From: Raja brachyura
Lineage: Eukaryota
Length of the DNA stretch: 64,000 nt
Direction of reading: 5' to 3'
Assembly (NCBI GenBank): GCA_963514005.1
Contig: OY740801.1
Location: 33,418,001-33,482,000 of the forward strand
Every line of letters begins with the position of its first letter. Position 1 is the first letter of the stretch. Below, piece after piece: positions 1 through 13,695 of the stretch. Position numbers and translations under genes: made by a program. Below the pieces are notes generated by a model, which saw only the letters and a list, made by a program, of their open reading frames with translations, was not told the DNA's origin and did not search any database.

Positions 1-346
1 ACGCTGTGAAATCATTGTGGATCGACTATAAAATACAAAATGCCAAGGCTGCTCTTGCTGCATTTTCAAATCTGCAACCCACTGTCCCTAAGAACAGCAG
101 CAGTCACTGGGAACACCACCTCCAAGGCACGTACCGTCCTAACTTGGAAATATATCACCTGTTCGTCTTCACAACCATGTCAAAATCCTGGAGCTCACCG
201 CCCTAACAACCCTGTGGGAGGACTTTCACCAGAGGATTTAAACAGTTCAACAAGACAGCTCACCATCATTTTCTCGAGCAATTAGCCTTGATAAAAAATA
301 CTGTCCCTCAGATCCCAGAAAATGAATAAACATTAACAATTCATTT

Positions 347-472
347 CTGAAGAAGGGTTTTGGCCCCAAAACGTTGCCTATTTCCTTCGCCCCATTGATG
401 CTGCCTCACCCGCTGAGTTTTTCCAGCATTTTTGTCTACCTTCGATTTTCCAGCATCTGCAGTTCCTTCTTA
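347..472 (+). mobile_element. Penelope-derived terminal-repeat insert, single arm
   Basis: CTGAAGAAGGG..AAAACGTT..CAGCATCTGCAGTTCC; flanking direct repeat AACAAT(T/G)CATTTC. Confidence 0.7.
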
Positions 473-832
473 AACAATGCATTTCAGCCTTCTTAATGAG
501 TGTTAACAAACCCTACGTCAGTAGCAAACACCTGCTGAAAGATTCCTAATGCTAGCTTCCAAATTCTTTGCAGAGATGACACCTAATACTAAACCTGGGC
601 TGAAGGAGTTCTTCAATTTAAACCCCCAGCTGAGAGATTCTTTATCACCTAAAATATCCAGGGATGGTTATTTCCTGAAATTGTTTCTTTGAATGTAAAG
701 CATTTGGCAATGCCCTCCGACAATGGAAATTGCTTTGTACTGCAAATCCCTCGTTGCCTCCTTCATTGCTCTTTCCTTTCTTGCTTTCTTCTTACTTTTC
801 TTTGTTGCTTCCTTCTTTTCTTGCTTCCTTCC

Positions 833-1154
833 TTTAGTTTAGTTTAGTTCAGAGATACTACGTGGAAACAGGCCCTTCGCCCACCGAGTCTGCGCCGACC
901 AGCGAACCCCACACATTAACACTGTCCTACACACACACACACTAGGGGAACGATTTACATTTATACCAAGCCAATTAACCTACAAACCTGTATGTCTTTG
1001 GAGTGTGGGAGGAAATCGAAGATCTCGGAGAAAACCCACGCAGGTCACGGGGGGAACGTACAAACTCCATGCACACAGCACGCGTAGTTAGAATCAAACC
1101 CGGGTTTCTGCCACTGTAACACACCAACTCTACTGCTGTGCCACTGTGCCACCC
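833..1154 (-). mobile_element. HE1-type tRNA-derived SINE
   Basis: Minus strand GGTGGCACAGTGG..GGGTTTGATTC head, TTCCTCCCACACTCCAAAGAC core, CR1-like tail + (CTAAA)n. Confidence 0.85.
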
Positions 1155-2442
1155 TCATTTCTTCCTTGTTCCTTTGCTTCCTCCCTTTTCTTCCTTTTGT
1201 ATCTTCATTTCTTCCTCATCTATCCCTTTTTTCTTCCTTCCATTCTTCCTACCACTTTAACTTCCATCTTTCTTTCCTTTCTTCCTCACTGCCCCATGGT
1301 TCTAAAACAGCCTGGAGACCTAATCCATCTCAGCGGCATCATCATCATCTCATTACATAATGAGATTGCATCAGGAGATTGTTCACACTACTAATTCTCT
1401 CTGTAAAAAAATAGGCCATTTAAATGTGGTCTTTGTAGGAATGCCATTAGCAATGCTTTCTCAGAGAGTGGTTTTAATGATTCACTGTGCATAAAAAGTA
1501 TTTGATATATTGGCAGTCCTTTTCTCCCCTGGTTATTATACACCCATTAAGAGAAACTTCATAAGATCATATCATAAATAATAGGAGCAGAAGTAGGCCA
1601 TTCGGCCCATCAAGTCTATTCCGCCATCCAATCATGCCTGATCTATCTCTCCCTCCTATCCCTATTTGCCTGCCTTCTCCCCATAACCTTTGACACTTTA
1701 CTAGAACTTACTAGAAAGAGCAATTGGACAAATGAACGACTCGCTCAGAGCGTTGGGTTATTCTCAATGAGTCACCAAGTTTATCCAGAGAGTGAAATAA
1801 AACCTGAAAATGCCGGAAACACTCATCAGATCAGGCAGCATACGTGGAAAGGGAAACAGGGTTAATGTTCCAGGTCCAAGACTATTCTTTCGTTCCACTT
1901 TCTTTTGTATTTTTTTATTGCAGACTATTTACAGTTTTATATGTTTTAATCCAGTTCTATCGCAACCCCAGCAATCTTGGTGTCATTTGCAAATTTAATA
2001 ACCAACCCATTTACATTGGGTTGGTACCATCTGAAGAAGGGTCTCGACCCAAAACGTCACCCATCCCTACTATCCAGAGATGCTGCCTGTCCCGCTGTGT
2101 TACTCCAATATTTTGTGTCAATCTTCAGTTTAAACCAGCAACCGACACCATTTATTTACGTCCAAGTCATTTTTATATATTTCACGAACTGCAGAAGTCC
2201 CAGAACAGATTCCTGCAGAACTCCAATGATTACAGACCTCCACCCTGAAAATTGTCCTTCCACCACAGCCCTCTGTCTTTTATTAATAAACCAGTTCTGA
2301 ATCCATTCAACCAGGTCACCGTAAATCACGTGCATCTTACTCTTCTGGATCAGCCGACCATGAGGGACATTGTCAAATGCCGTACTGAAATCCTGTAGAC
2401 AATGCCCACCATCTTACTCTTATTGATCACCTTCGTCACCTT

Positions 2443-2740
2443 TTAGTTTAAAGATACAGTGCAAAAACAGGCCCTTCGGCCCACCGAGGCTGCGCCGACT
2501 AGCGATCCCCGCACACCAGCACTATCCCACGCACTAGGAATCATTTACAATTTGTTTCCAAAGCTAATTGACCTACAAACCTGTAGGTCTTGGGATTGTC
2601 GGAGGAAACCAGAGTACCCGGAGAAAATCCTCGCTGTTCTGGGGAAAACGTACAAACTCGGTACAGACAGCACCCATAGTCAGGATCGACCCCGGGTCTC
2701 TAGCGCTGTGAGGCAGCAACTCTACTGCTGCACCACTGTC
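2443..2740 (-). mobile_element. HE1-type SINE
   Basis: Same head, core and tail as 833-1154. Confidence 0.85.
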
Positions 2741-3043
2741 ACTCCAGCATTTGGTGTCTATCTTCAGCATAAACCAGTATCTGCAGTTCCTTCCCACGCA
2801 AGGAGCAAAGCCATATTGACTGTCCCTATTTAACCCATTCTCTTCTAAAGATGTATTTAAACCTCCTATGTATCTCATGTCAGATACGCTTTGTATGAAA
2901 TAAAACAAACCTGCCTCGAAGAGGAAAAGCAGTCTCTTTTTGTTGTGGGATAGGATGTAGAAACATTCCAACTAAAGTATACAATTTGGTTCACTGAAAA
3001 TGCAATTAACCCATTGACCAACAGTGATGTTCTTCAGTCAGAA

Positions 3044-5403
3044 ATCGGTCAAAAATGACCAACATCCTTTCTTTCAAACATTGTGTTATTTATTCAGCCA
3101 TCAGGTCAATGATACAATATAGCAGCAATCAGAGAGAATTCTTCCTTTGTTTGCAATGGCTGTAAAAAAGGCAGACAAAAGAAATGTGCATAGTCAACAG
3201 TAATCAATTTGAAGAACCAATCCTAAAGTACAGCAGGAAAATAATAATTATTTAAAAAAAAATTCTGATCAATTTGTATGAGTGCATTTACATATACTGT
3301 GCCAGTTTTTTAATTCCAGGTTGTCATTTATGTTGTCTATAATCTTGCAAAAGGAGCTAATCTGTCTGTGATGAATTGACACAAAGGGCTGGAGTTACTC
3401 AGCAGGTCAGGCTGCATCTCTGGAGAACATAGAGAAGTGGTGTTTCCGTCGGGACCCTTTTTCAGTCTGAACTGCAGACAAAACATTACCTATCCATATC
3501 CTCCAGAGAGGCTGCCTGACCTGCTGAGCTACCCAAGCACTATGTGCCCATTTTTTTTGTAAACCAGCATCTGTAGTTCCTTGTTTCTGCAATAGTGAGT
3601 TAGAGGGGAAGGTGAAACGCTGCATTTTATTTTTGCAATGGAGAGGGTCATCGAAGCAGTTCAGAGCTGTGAGCAGTCTGATTCAGCTCGAGTTGACTGA
3701 AGAAGGGTCCCGACCTGAAAGGTCACCTGAACATTCCACCTGCAGATGCTGCCTAACTACTCCAGTACTTCTTCCTCTTATCGAGTCCACACACAAGATT
3801 AGAAGTTGTTCAACCAGAGCTGAACACACTTCTCGGCATCTGTATACAATGGTGTCTGTCTTGTGCTTCTTGTGGTTCTTGTGCGCGGTGGTGGAATTCG
3901 TGAAAACAGGGTCATGACGTGAACGCTCTTTCCTTGACCCCACTCCAGCTCTTAGTGTCTTGCTCATGATTCCAGCATCTGCAGTTCCTTGTGTCTCCAT
4001 TTCCTTTGGTAAGTGTTCTATCTCCAGTTTTCCTGTCATTAATTCAATAATTACTTAGATGCCATAACACAGTAGTTAAGTAATTTAACTAATGTCCGGA
4101 GACTCATTTGAATAATGAGTTAAAATTCTACCATGACAGATGAAGAATTAAAATTCAGCATCAGTGACAGCAACAAGGGAATAATCAGATTATTGTTTTA
4201 AAAAATCAGATTGTTAACTAAAGTCTTTCAAGAAAGGAAATGTATCATCCTTAGCCAAACCAATCTCTGGGGCCTCCTCCAAAACTGAAGAGAGTTGAGC
4301 AAAACTTCATAGAAGGAGCACAATGCCCAAGTGCCACTATTTTGCAGATTCAGCGAGTGCAATTGAGGATGAATTCAGGCATAACTGTAACACTGCAAAG
4401 CTTACATTCATATGTAGCAACAACTTGCTGAATATCAGAAACTTGGCTGAAAAGTCCATCTCCGGATCCAACTACAACTGAGGCATAGGGCATGACTATT
4501 TTTCTTCTAAGTTCTAGGAGAAGAATTAGGCCATTCGCCCATTAAGTCTACTTTACCATTCAATCATGGCTGATCTATCTTTCCCCCTCAACCCTATTCT
4601 CCTGCCTCCTCCCCTTACTATTCAAGAATCTGTCAATCCTCTGCTTAAAAATATCCATTGACTTGACATCCACAGCCGGCTGCAGCAACAAATTCCACAG
4701 ATTCACCACCCTCTGACTAAATAAATTCCTCCTTATCTCCTTTCTAAAGGTACGTCTTTTTATTCTGAGGCTATGGCTTCTGCTCCTAGACTTTCCTACT
4801 AGTAGAAGCATCCTCTCCACATTCACACTATCCAGGCCTTTCACTATTCGGTAAATTTCAATGAGGTCCCCCCCTCAACCTTCTAAAATACAGCATGTAC
4901 AGGCCCTGTGCCCATCATATGTACAGTGAACCCAATCATTCCTGAAATCAGATGCGGTTAAGGAAATCTAATTTTAATATTCTCGAGTTAAAGTCTAGTG
5001 TTGCTCAAACTGTAGGCGTGATCTGTGTTTCCTCATTCTGTCAGATATTGAGTGCATTGCCTTTCTTTTTTGTTTGTCCCTGAGCTCACGTCATGCCAAT
5101 CAGCTTGGTGAATTTTGAGTAACGGTTCGCAAAAGAAGCCATGTGTAACTCGAGATACCCGTCTGAGGATATTGTTTGGCATGCAAAGCTCTTCCACCAA
5201 AGAACCAACACAAAGAATCCTATTTCATGTTTGTCCTTGATGTCATAATCGCTATCAGTCAAAAATGACCAACATCCTCTGTTTCAAACATTGTGTTATT
5301 TATTCAACCAACAGATCAATGATACAAAATAGAAGGAACCAGAGAGACAGTTTCCTCTATTTGCAATGGCTATAAAAAGCCAGACAAAAGAAAGGTGCAT
5401 AGT
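3044..5403 (+). repeat. Local ~150-bp direct duplication (3044-3194 and 5254-5403)
   Basis: GTCAAAAATGACCAACATCCT..TTTCAAACATTGTGTTATTTATTCA..TTTGCAATGGCT..CAGACAAAAGAAA.GTGCATAGT occurs twice. Confidence 0.9.
4510..4950 (-). mobile_element. CR1 LINE 3' fragment
   Basis: SRSHSLRIK..FSQRVVNLWN ORF2 C-terminus and 3' UTR. Confidence 0.85.
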
Positions 5404-5605
5404 AAGCTAAGTTCCACAAAGGGGGACGAAAGCAGTAAATCCTCAAGAATAGTTTACATTTGCATTAGTAAGTGTCGTTAACGCCAGAACAAAGTGGATC
5501 AGATATACTTCACCAACATTTTATAATGAACTGGCAGGAATAATTCAGTTCTCACGCAATACTAGCCACAGCTGCACTAGATGAGAACACTGGCTCAATC
5601 AGCAT

Positions 5606-5920
5606 TTACTTTACTTTAGACTTTTGAGTTACAGCGTGAAACCAGGCCCTTCAGCCCACCGAGTTCATGCCAACCAGCGATCACCCCCTACACTAATGCT
5701 ATCCTACACACTAGGGACAATTTGCAATTTACAGAGCCAATTAACCTACAAACCTGTATGTCTTTGGAGTGTGGGAAGAAACCAGAGCACATGGAGAAAC
5801 CCCATGCGGTCACAGGGAGAATGTACAAACTCAATACAGACAGAACCTGTAGAGAGGATCGAACCTGGATCTCTGGTGCTGTGAGGCAGCAACTCTACTG
5901 TTGCGCTACTGTCCGCCACT
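5606..5920 (-). mobile_element. HE1-type SINE
   Basis: Same family. Confidence 0.85.
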
Positions 5921-6077
5921 GCATATGTTGGTTTATTAAAAAAGACTCAAAATGCTGGAGTAACTCAGGCAGATACATCCTGATGATAGGTCATTGTCTG
6001 AAATATTAGCATTGATCCTCTCTCCACAGACACTGTCTGTCTTGTTGATCATTCCCAGCATTTTATATATTTGTACA

Positions 6078-6262
6078 GAAAACATAGAAACATAGAAACA
6101 TAGAAAATAGGTGCAGGAGTAGGCCATTCGGCCCTTCGAGCCTGCACCGCCATTCAATGTGATCATGGCTGATCATCCAACTCAGTATCCCGTACCTGCC
6201 TTCTCTCCATACCCCCTGATCCCTTGAGCCACAAGTGCCACATCTAACGCCCTCTTAAATAT
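6078..6262 (-). mobile_element. HER1-like LINE 3' end
   Basis: (AAACATAG)n tail; nearly identical to 16600-16770. Confidence 0.85.
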
Positions 6263-6353
6263 ATAAACATTATCCTTAGAACATTATTCTAACATGTTCC
6301 CCTTGAGTCCCCGTTGGAGGATTGAAAGATTACTTACGGCATTTATTAAATTA

Positions 6354-6652
6354 GTGGCACAGTGGTATAGGTGCTACCTTACAGCGCCAGCGACCCGGGT
6401 TCAATCCCTCCTACTGGTGCTGTCTGTACGGTTTGTAGGTTCTCCCCGTGACCGCGTGGGATTTCTCCGAGATCTTTGGTTTCCTCCCACCTCCAAAGAC
6501 GTGCAGGTTTGTAGGTTAATTGGCGTGGTATAAATGTAAATTGTCCCTAGTGTGTGTTGGACAGTGTCAATGTGTGGGGATTGCTGGTCGGTGCAGATTC
6601 GGTGGGCTGCAGGGCCTGTTTCTGCACTGTATCTATAAACTAAATTAAACTA
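6354..6652 (+). mobile_element. HE1-type SINE
   Basis: A box GTGGCACAGTGG, B box GGTTCAATCC, core and tail. Confidence 0.85.
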
Positions 6653-7344
6653 GTGTAGATATCAGTCAAATGAATGTCACGGAAACATGTGTGAGTATTG
6701 CCTGACTGTTAGCTTCTGGTTCCAGTGATAATCCCCCAGCTGCTTTCAGGGTGTCTCAGATATCTTTGCATATGCAGTTGAACATGGATATCAGAGTCAT
6801 TCTGAAAATCAACTTCCAGACCTTCAGTGAATAAGAGGTCCGAATGCACTTTCCACATACCGTAGAATCATAGTGGAATACAACGTAGAAACAGACTCTT
6901 TGACCCCACAAGTTTGTGCTAACCTATTTACACTAATCCTATGTTAATCCCATTATTATTCTCTCCATATTCTCATCAGCTCTCCCAGATTCTGCAAACA
7001 TTTCATGGTTGCCAATTAACCCACTGACTGATCCACATGACTTTGGGATGTGGGAGAAAACTAGAGCACCCAGAGGAAACCTGCAAAGTCACAACGTGAA
7101 TGCTCCACATAGGCAGTTCCCAAGGTTAGGATTGAATCTGGGTTTCTGGTGATGTGAGCAGCAGCTCCACCAGCTGCCGCCATGTGCCACCCATCATCTT
7201 CAGCTTTGGGACGTAGAGGGCAATCAGAGTAATGGGGTCACGAAATGTGTAGAGAAAGGTAGATGTGAGTAATTCCTGGAGCCATTTTATTTAATTTTAA
7301 TGTTTGAAATTTGGTATAGTTATCTAAATCTGCTTGAATGGTTT

Positions 7345-7937
7345 TTAGTTGTACAAGGCCCTAGTGAGACCACACCTGGAGTATTGTGTAGTTTTGGTCT
7401 CCAATTTTGAGGAAGAACATTCTTGCTATTGAGGGAGTGCAGCATAGGTTCATGAGGTTAATTCCTGGGATGGCAGGACTGTCATATGTTGATAGAATGG
7501 AGCAGCTTGGCTTGCACACTCTGGAATTTAGAAGGATGAGAGGGGATCTTATTGAAACATATAAGATTATTTAGGGTTTGGACACGCTAGAGGCAGGAAA
7601 CATGTTCCCGATGTTGGGAGAGTCCAGAACCAGGGGCCCCAGTTTAAGAATAATGGGTAAGCCATTTAGAACAGAGATGAGGAAAAACGTTTTCACATAG
7701 AGAGTTGTGAATCTGTGGAATTCTCTGCTTCAGAAGGCAGTGGAAGCCAAATCTCTGGAGGCTTTCAAGAGAGAGTTGGATCGAGCTCTTAAAGATAGCG
7801 GAGTCAAAGGATATGGGGAGAAGGCAGGAATGGGTTACTGATTGTGGATGATCAACCATGCTCACAGTGAATGGCGGTGCCGGCTCGAAGGGTCAAATGG
7901 CCTACTCCCGGAAGCTATTGTTTATTGTCTATTGTCT
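7345..7937 (+). mobile_element. CR1 LINE 3' fragment
   Basis: [10 protein letters not shown].. through 3' UTR; (CTATTGT)n tail. Confidence 0.9.
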
Positions 7938-8594
7938 AAAAGTCTTTGATTATTTGAGATATTTGGTATGTTTTGAAAAGGGTTTTGTAGTCTAGAAGAT
8001 GGATAGTGGCTTTAGACTCCTTATGTCTAATTTTTAGCACCCAATGTTTGCAATGCCATCCAGAAGAACAACATCTTGAAATTCCTTAAACGAGGTGGGC
8101 GGCACAGTCAGGATATTAGCTACAAGGAAGGCTACAGTTGCACTTGCTTGTGATTTGAGTTTCACCTGTGCAAACTTTAGTCACACCCGTTATTTCTTAC
8201 TTGTCAACTGTTTTGCACAAGTTAAAATATAAACTCACCCATTCATAGACAACTCTGCGGTCTGCACAACTGTAGCACGTGAAAGGACTGCAAAGCTTCT
8301 CTTGGCATTGCCATAATGGTAATGTCTATTTTAGTTACATAAAGATAAGGAATGAGCCAATTCATCAGAAACTGTAGCAGCAAAAATATCCTGTTTACTT
8401 CCCCATTTCTTCATTAAAAAAATGCCATAACCAAAAATAATTTTTAGAAGCATCGTATTTAGTGACAATGTTTCATGCTGCAGGTCAAGCCAGACCTGAT
8501 TAATGGCGCACGGGGTCTTCATGTATTCCTATTGTAATTTATTTTCCGCTGTCTACTTAGATAGCTTTCATCCGACTGTCTGAGTACTGCGCAT

Positions 8595-9172
8595 AGACGT
8601 TAGGGGTCATGTTACAATTATATACAACTTTGGTGAGAACACATTTAGAGTATTGTGTTCAGTTTTGGGCACCATGTTATAGGAAAGATGTTGCCAACTT
8701 GGAAGGGTGCAGAGAAGATTAACGATGATGTTGCCGGGACTCAAGAGGCTGAGCTATAGGGGGAGGTTGATCAGGCTAGGTTTCTATTCTTTGGAGCACA
8801 GCGGCTGAGCAGTAATCTTAAAGAGGTGCACAAAACCATGAGAAGAATAGATCGGGTATACGCATAGAGTCTCTTGCCCAGCGTAGGGGAATCGAGAATC
8901 AGAGGACATAGGTTTAAGGTGAGGGGGGGAAAGATTTAATAGGATCTTGAGGGGTAACTTTTAAACGCAAAGGGTTGTGGGTGTATGGAACGAGCTGCCG
9001 GAGGAGGTAGTTGAGGCAGGTATTATCCAAATGCTTAAGAAACATTTAGACAGGTACATGGATGGAATATGTTTAGAGGGATATGGGACAAATCCAGGCA
9101 AGCGGAACATGTAGGTTGGCATGGGCTAGTTGGGCTGATGGGCCTGTTTCCACACTGCATGACTTTATGATT
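8595..9172 (+). mobile_element. CR1 LINE 3' fragment, second subfamily
   Basis: Degenerate [22 protein letters not shown]; 3' GGGCCTGTTTCCAC tail shared with the SINEs. Confidence 0.8.
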
Positions 9173-9204
9173 ATCTCACAGAACCCTCTTTGAGCATTAA
9201 AAGT

Positions 9205-10262
9205 AAAAAGCAATCCTGCTGGAAGAACTCAGTAGGTAAAGCAACACATGGGGAGACAATGGGAGGATCAGAGTTTCAGGTTAAAACTGCATCAGAACTG
9301 AGAGTGTAGGTGAAAGATGGCTGGAAGATAATTGATGGAAACAGATTGGGTTGGTGGGTGGGAGGAGGGGGGGGGGGGAGTAGTGGGGTGGAGATTCATG
9401 GGCAGATAAAGCCAGGTGGGAGGGGGGAAGGAGGGAGTGTTGCGACAGAGACTGGAAAGGGATAGATGGACACAGAAGGAAGGTAGACAGAGCTAGGTGG
9501 GGAGGGTGAGGCCAGATGCTGACAGGTGCTAGGTACAACCATATAGGGAGTGGTAATGGGCAGATGGAACAATGTGCGTGAGGGGAGGGGATAGGAAAGG
9601 TGAAACAGGAGAGAAGAAACCAGGTAGACAAGTATTTTCAGAATAAACCAGATGGGGGATTCCAGGTAATGGGGGAAGGAGGAATTGACGGAAAAGGTGA
9701 ACAAAGGGAGAGAGTTTGGATGGAGGGGTGGGAGTGGGAATGGAACACAGAGGGAGTGGGTGACCAAAAACTGAAAAAAAATCGATGTTCATACAGTTTG
9801 GTTGTAGGTTATCCAAGAAGAATGTGAGGTTGTTCTTCCAGTTTGTGCTCAGCCTCACCACAGGGGTGGAGAAGGCCACGGACAGATGGGTCTGTGTTCG
9901 GTTAGGATGAGGGGATGAAATTACATGCAACCATGTGTTCAAGATGGCTGTTGTGGAGAGAGTACATATACTCTGCAAAACGGTCGCCTAGTCTACACTT
10001 GGTTTCTCCAATGAGGGGGAGGCCACATCAATAGTACCAATTGTACGAGATTAGGTTGGGGGTTGTGCTTCACTGGAACATTATATATGTCTTTGGATGG
10101 TGGTGAGGGAGTAGGTGTACGGCCAAACTTGTTCTTCCTATAGTTGCAAGACAAAGTGCTTGGGGATTGAGAGGCTTGAGTTGGAAGCTATAAGCAGACC
10201 AGGGAGTCATGGGCAAAGTGGTTCCAGTGGAAAACAGGAGTGGAGAAGGGAAGATGTTTCCT
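9205..10262 (-). mobile_element. Penelope-like element, GIY-YIG endonuclease fragment and terminal repeat
   Basis: Minus strand IGETKCRLGDRFAEY and LTFFLDNLQPNCMNIDF; continues at 11067-11210 (LVLTFHSLS..IQHII). Confidence 0.75.
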
Positions 10263-10412
10263 CTTCCCGCTTACTTCTTCCCACCTACAGTCAGTCTGAA
10301 GAAGGGTCTCGAGCTGAAACGTCACCTAGCCATGTTCTCCAGAGATACTGCCTGACTCGCTGAGTTACTCCAACCCTCTGTGACATTTTATGGGGAAGGG
10401 AAGATGGACTGA

Positions 10413-11066
10413 CTAGAATAAGTGTGACCCGTTGGGTCCCAGACACACAGGAGGCCTGGTCCCCCAACGCAACCCATTCCCCAACGCAATATTCCACCAC
10501 TCAACAGATCCCCCAACGCAAACCGTTCCCCAATGCAATATTCCATCACTCACCCATAGCCCCCAACTGCGCAGGCACAGCTGATGGGTTCCTGTTGTGA
10601 CGCCCCTGAAATTCCTTAAACAAGTTGGGTGGCAGGTGGGTTGTGGGGGAAGGGGGGGTGCGTGGGGGTTGTGTGTGTGGGCAGCGGGGTGTGTGGGCGG
10701 GTTGGGGGATTGTGGGGGCGCGGGGGGGGGGGGTGTGGAGGTGGTATGTGGGTGGTTGGAAACCTCCGCCTGCTGTCCTCAGCTCCATTAAAGACACGAT
10801 AGCGCAGGAAGGGGCGGACCGTCCCGCGGAGTGACAGGAGAAAAGACCAATCAATGCAGTGCTGAACGGCAGGAGGAGATCGATCTGCGCACATGCGTTT
10901 TTAAAAAAATGTTTAAACCTCGCTAACTTTTACATCAGACCACTGATCGGAATGCAGAACAGGAGAACGGTGAGTAAGCTGGTGAAAAATTGTACCGTTT
11001 TTGCGCAAAAATAGAATGACCGCGCAACTGGAAGATAACATGATCAGAGCTTTAGTTATGGAAAGA
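10413..11066 (-). mobile_element. Non-autonomous Helitron
   Basis: Minus strand begins TC and ends GGGACCCAACGGGTCAC hairpin + ACTTATT + CTAG; inserted at A|T with no TSD; rejoined flanks ctga|tggtgcaa match an uninterrupted paralogue at ~12465. Confidence 0.8.
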
Positions 11067-12309
11067 TGGTGCAATCTCATTGGGATTGGTGGAAGTGGCA
11101 ATGGATGATATGTTGGATGCAAAGGACAGTGAGTGAAAGGTGAGCACTAGAGAGCTCTGTCTCTGTTCTCTCTGGGGAGATGTGGGAGTAAGAGCAGAGA
11201 GAAGAATACTCACACGCATGACATTTAACAAACAGAAGTACACCAAAGAACCATTTTGTGATCTTGGATGTTCTGTACAGATCTACACCACTCATTTGTG
11301 GCTAGCGTGGTACAGTACAAAGCACAGCCTTCAAGCTGTGCACAACAACAGTGAAGTTATGCTCAGATAAACTTACTTGATCATGTTAGTTATGGATAAA
11401 TATTGAGAAGGATAAAGGAAAGAAGTTCTCTGCTCTTGCTCATGTCAGAGGCCTACCCCAATCTCTGACTGTATTGTACAACTATTTGGCCAACAGGGGA
11501 CTGCTTCTTTTGCAGCAGTTGTAATCACATTCATAATACACCGTAAGGTCACACTCTCAGATCCCAGCTGTCGTCATTGCCAGAAGGGAACAGAGAAAAC
11601 AACTCACGTTGTGTGAATAGTGTTGTGCACTTTTTAACAATTTGTTAAATTCTATTTATTATTTTAGTGGGATGTCCACAATCAATTTTTACAAGGACTT
11701 TGTGTTCCACACAGATAAACTGAAAATTAAAAATAAAACATTGAGTCAACCACCCTTTCTAAAAATCTATTTGTTTTACCTCCTTCAGTGCAATTAAAGT
11801 GGTTTATTTGAATTTGAATGGTTTATTTTTTAATATATGTTTGAAGAAGATTGTGAGCTTTACTCCCTTAATTCTTCCTTCATTATTTCCGTGAATAACA
11901 TGGGGAATATAACAGTTTTGTCTCAAGCTTCCTGGATGGTCGATCATTCAACGAAGAAGGCATGTTGCGTTTTAGCACAGCTAAATTTGGGGATAGAAAA
12001 TTTTTAAAAATTGACATAGAGTCTGGTAATGATTTCAAATGCTTTGCCTGTAAGGCAGAATCAGTCAGTACCTTCAAAAAAGAATTAAATAGATACTTGA
12101 GGAGAACTAATTTTGCAGGTGTCTGGGGAAAAGTGGGAAAGTGGCACTGAGAGGATTGTTCTGCCAGAAGCCAGCATAGACTCAGTAGGCCAAATGACCA
12201 CCTCCTGTGCAGCAGAATGTGACGATTCCTTTGAATCTGTGATTAAATGATCTTGTGCTGGAGGTAAGTGTTTAGATGTGGTGAAACTTAATCCGAGCAG
12301 GTTTGTGGA

Positions 12310-12530
12310 AAGCTTTTGCAGATGATTGAGGACTCCAAAATGTCGGACTTTCTGCCCCTCTTCATGCCGGGGTGTCCCGAGAGGGAGAGCAGTGTGCGGA
12401 GGTATGCACACAAGTGTGGATGGATTCCAGAAGGGAGAAAGGGTGAGGAGAATGGAAGACGTGGCTGATGGTGCAAACCCATTGGAACTGGTGGAAATGA
12501 CAAAGGATGATATGGTGGATGCACGCTAGT
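12310..12530 (-). mobile_element. Penelope-like element fragment
   Basis: CIHHIILCHFHQFQ, homologous to 11067-11130. Confidence 0.6.
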
Positions 12531-13414
12531 TCACCCCACATCACCAATACCTCCCCGCGCCTGACTCAGCCACTTACTTACATGCCAGGGACAAAGTACC
12601 ATTCGACCAACCAATACATCATGGGATTTGTGAGAGCATGAGGGAGGAGGTAATGCAGGTGATAATTTGGAGACTAATAATTGAGCAAACCTCACATATA
12701 TATCAGCAGCAGTCAGCATTGAATCCAGGTCAAAGGAGCTGTGAGGCAGCAGCTTTACTAGATGCAGGTTGCAACCGTCTATGCAAGACACATTTTCACA
12801 CACATATATGCATGACATGATGCTAGACTCAAAATGCTAGACTAACTCAGCGGGTCAGTCAGCATCTCTGGAGAAAAGGAGTAGGTGACATTTTGGGTCA
12901 AAACCGTTCTTCAGACAGGATAACTTCTGAACATGTGTATAATTGATAATCCAGATGGGATTTTAAAAAAAACCTGTGTTGACATTGTTGGCTGTTTACA
13001 GTGGACACTGCTTTTTCCCAACTAGCTTGAAGATGTTTGAGTAATTTCCTTGTCAATAATCTGTGGGACCCACATTGTTGTGAGTGATTGATTCTGATGT
13101 TAAGGTGGCCTCTGATTGCGGCCTTTGGGTGAAAATGTTAAATTCGTGGAGGAATACTGCATCCAGATTGTCCATATTTGGCTTCTACAAAAGATGAACT
13201 CAATGTTTGAACATTATAATAATAATCACCCCAAAATTGTTGTTTAAAGATTTTAAATATTTCAGAAATAATTTTGTATGTTGTTTTGAGCATACAAACA
13301 AGTAGATGAAAGCACAATTGTTGTGTCAATGCAAACAGTGATTCAGAGATCTGGACTTTCTGGAGCAAAGACAACAGTCCAAATCCTATCATAGCAGATG
13401 GATATTTACGTTCA

Positions 13415-13695
13415 GTAATTAAGCAAATCTGGACTTAAAAGCTTACATCAGTAATAATGACTTATTTAAGTACTTAAATGGCTATTTACAAAGCCATCTG
13501 GTTCATCAAAGCTCTTTAGCGAAGTCAATCTATTATTGTTTTCCCCATTTTGGTCTCCATGTGCCTCCAGACTTACAGCAAATTGGTTTACTCTTACTTG
13601 CCACTGAAACAGCTCGGCAAGCCAATTGGTTGAAGGGTAATTAAGAATGGCAAGAAAATACTGGCAATACCCATGTCCGAGGAATACATTAGAAA
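13415..13695 (+). repeat. Ancient SINE-like repeat; related remnants at ~4075-4280, 1-330 and 33570-33810
   Basis: Degenerate CTGGTTCA..CTTTAG.GAAG..AATCT block shared with ~4210; 1-330 and 33570-33810 share ACTTCACCAGA..CTCACCA.CAT.TTCTC; family not assigned. Confidence 0.45.

Noticed and set aside
6354-6430. tRNA genes
   Set aside because: A/B boxes belong to tRNA-derived SINE heads; no complete cloverleaf.
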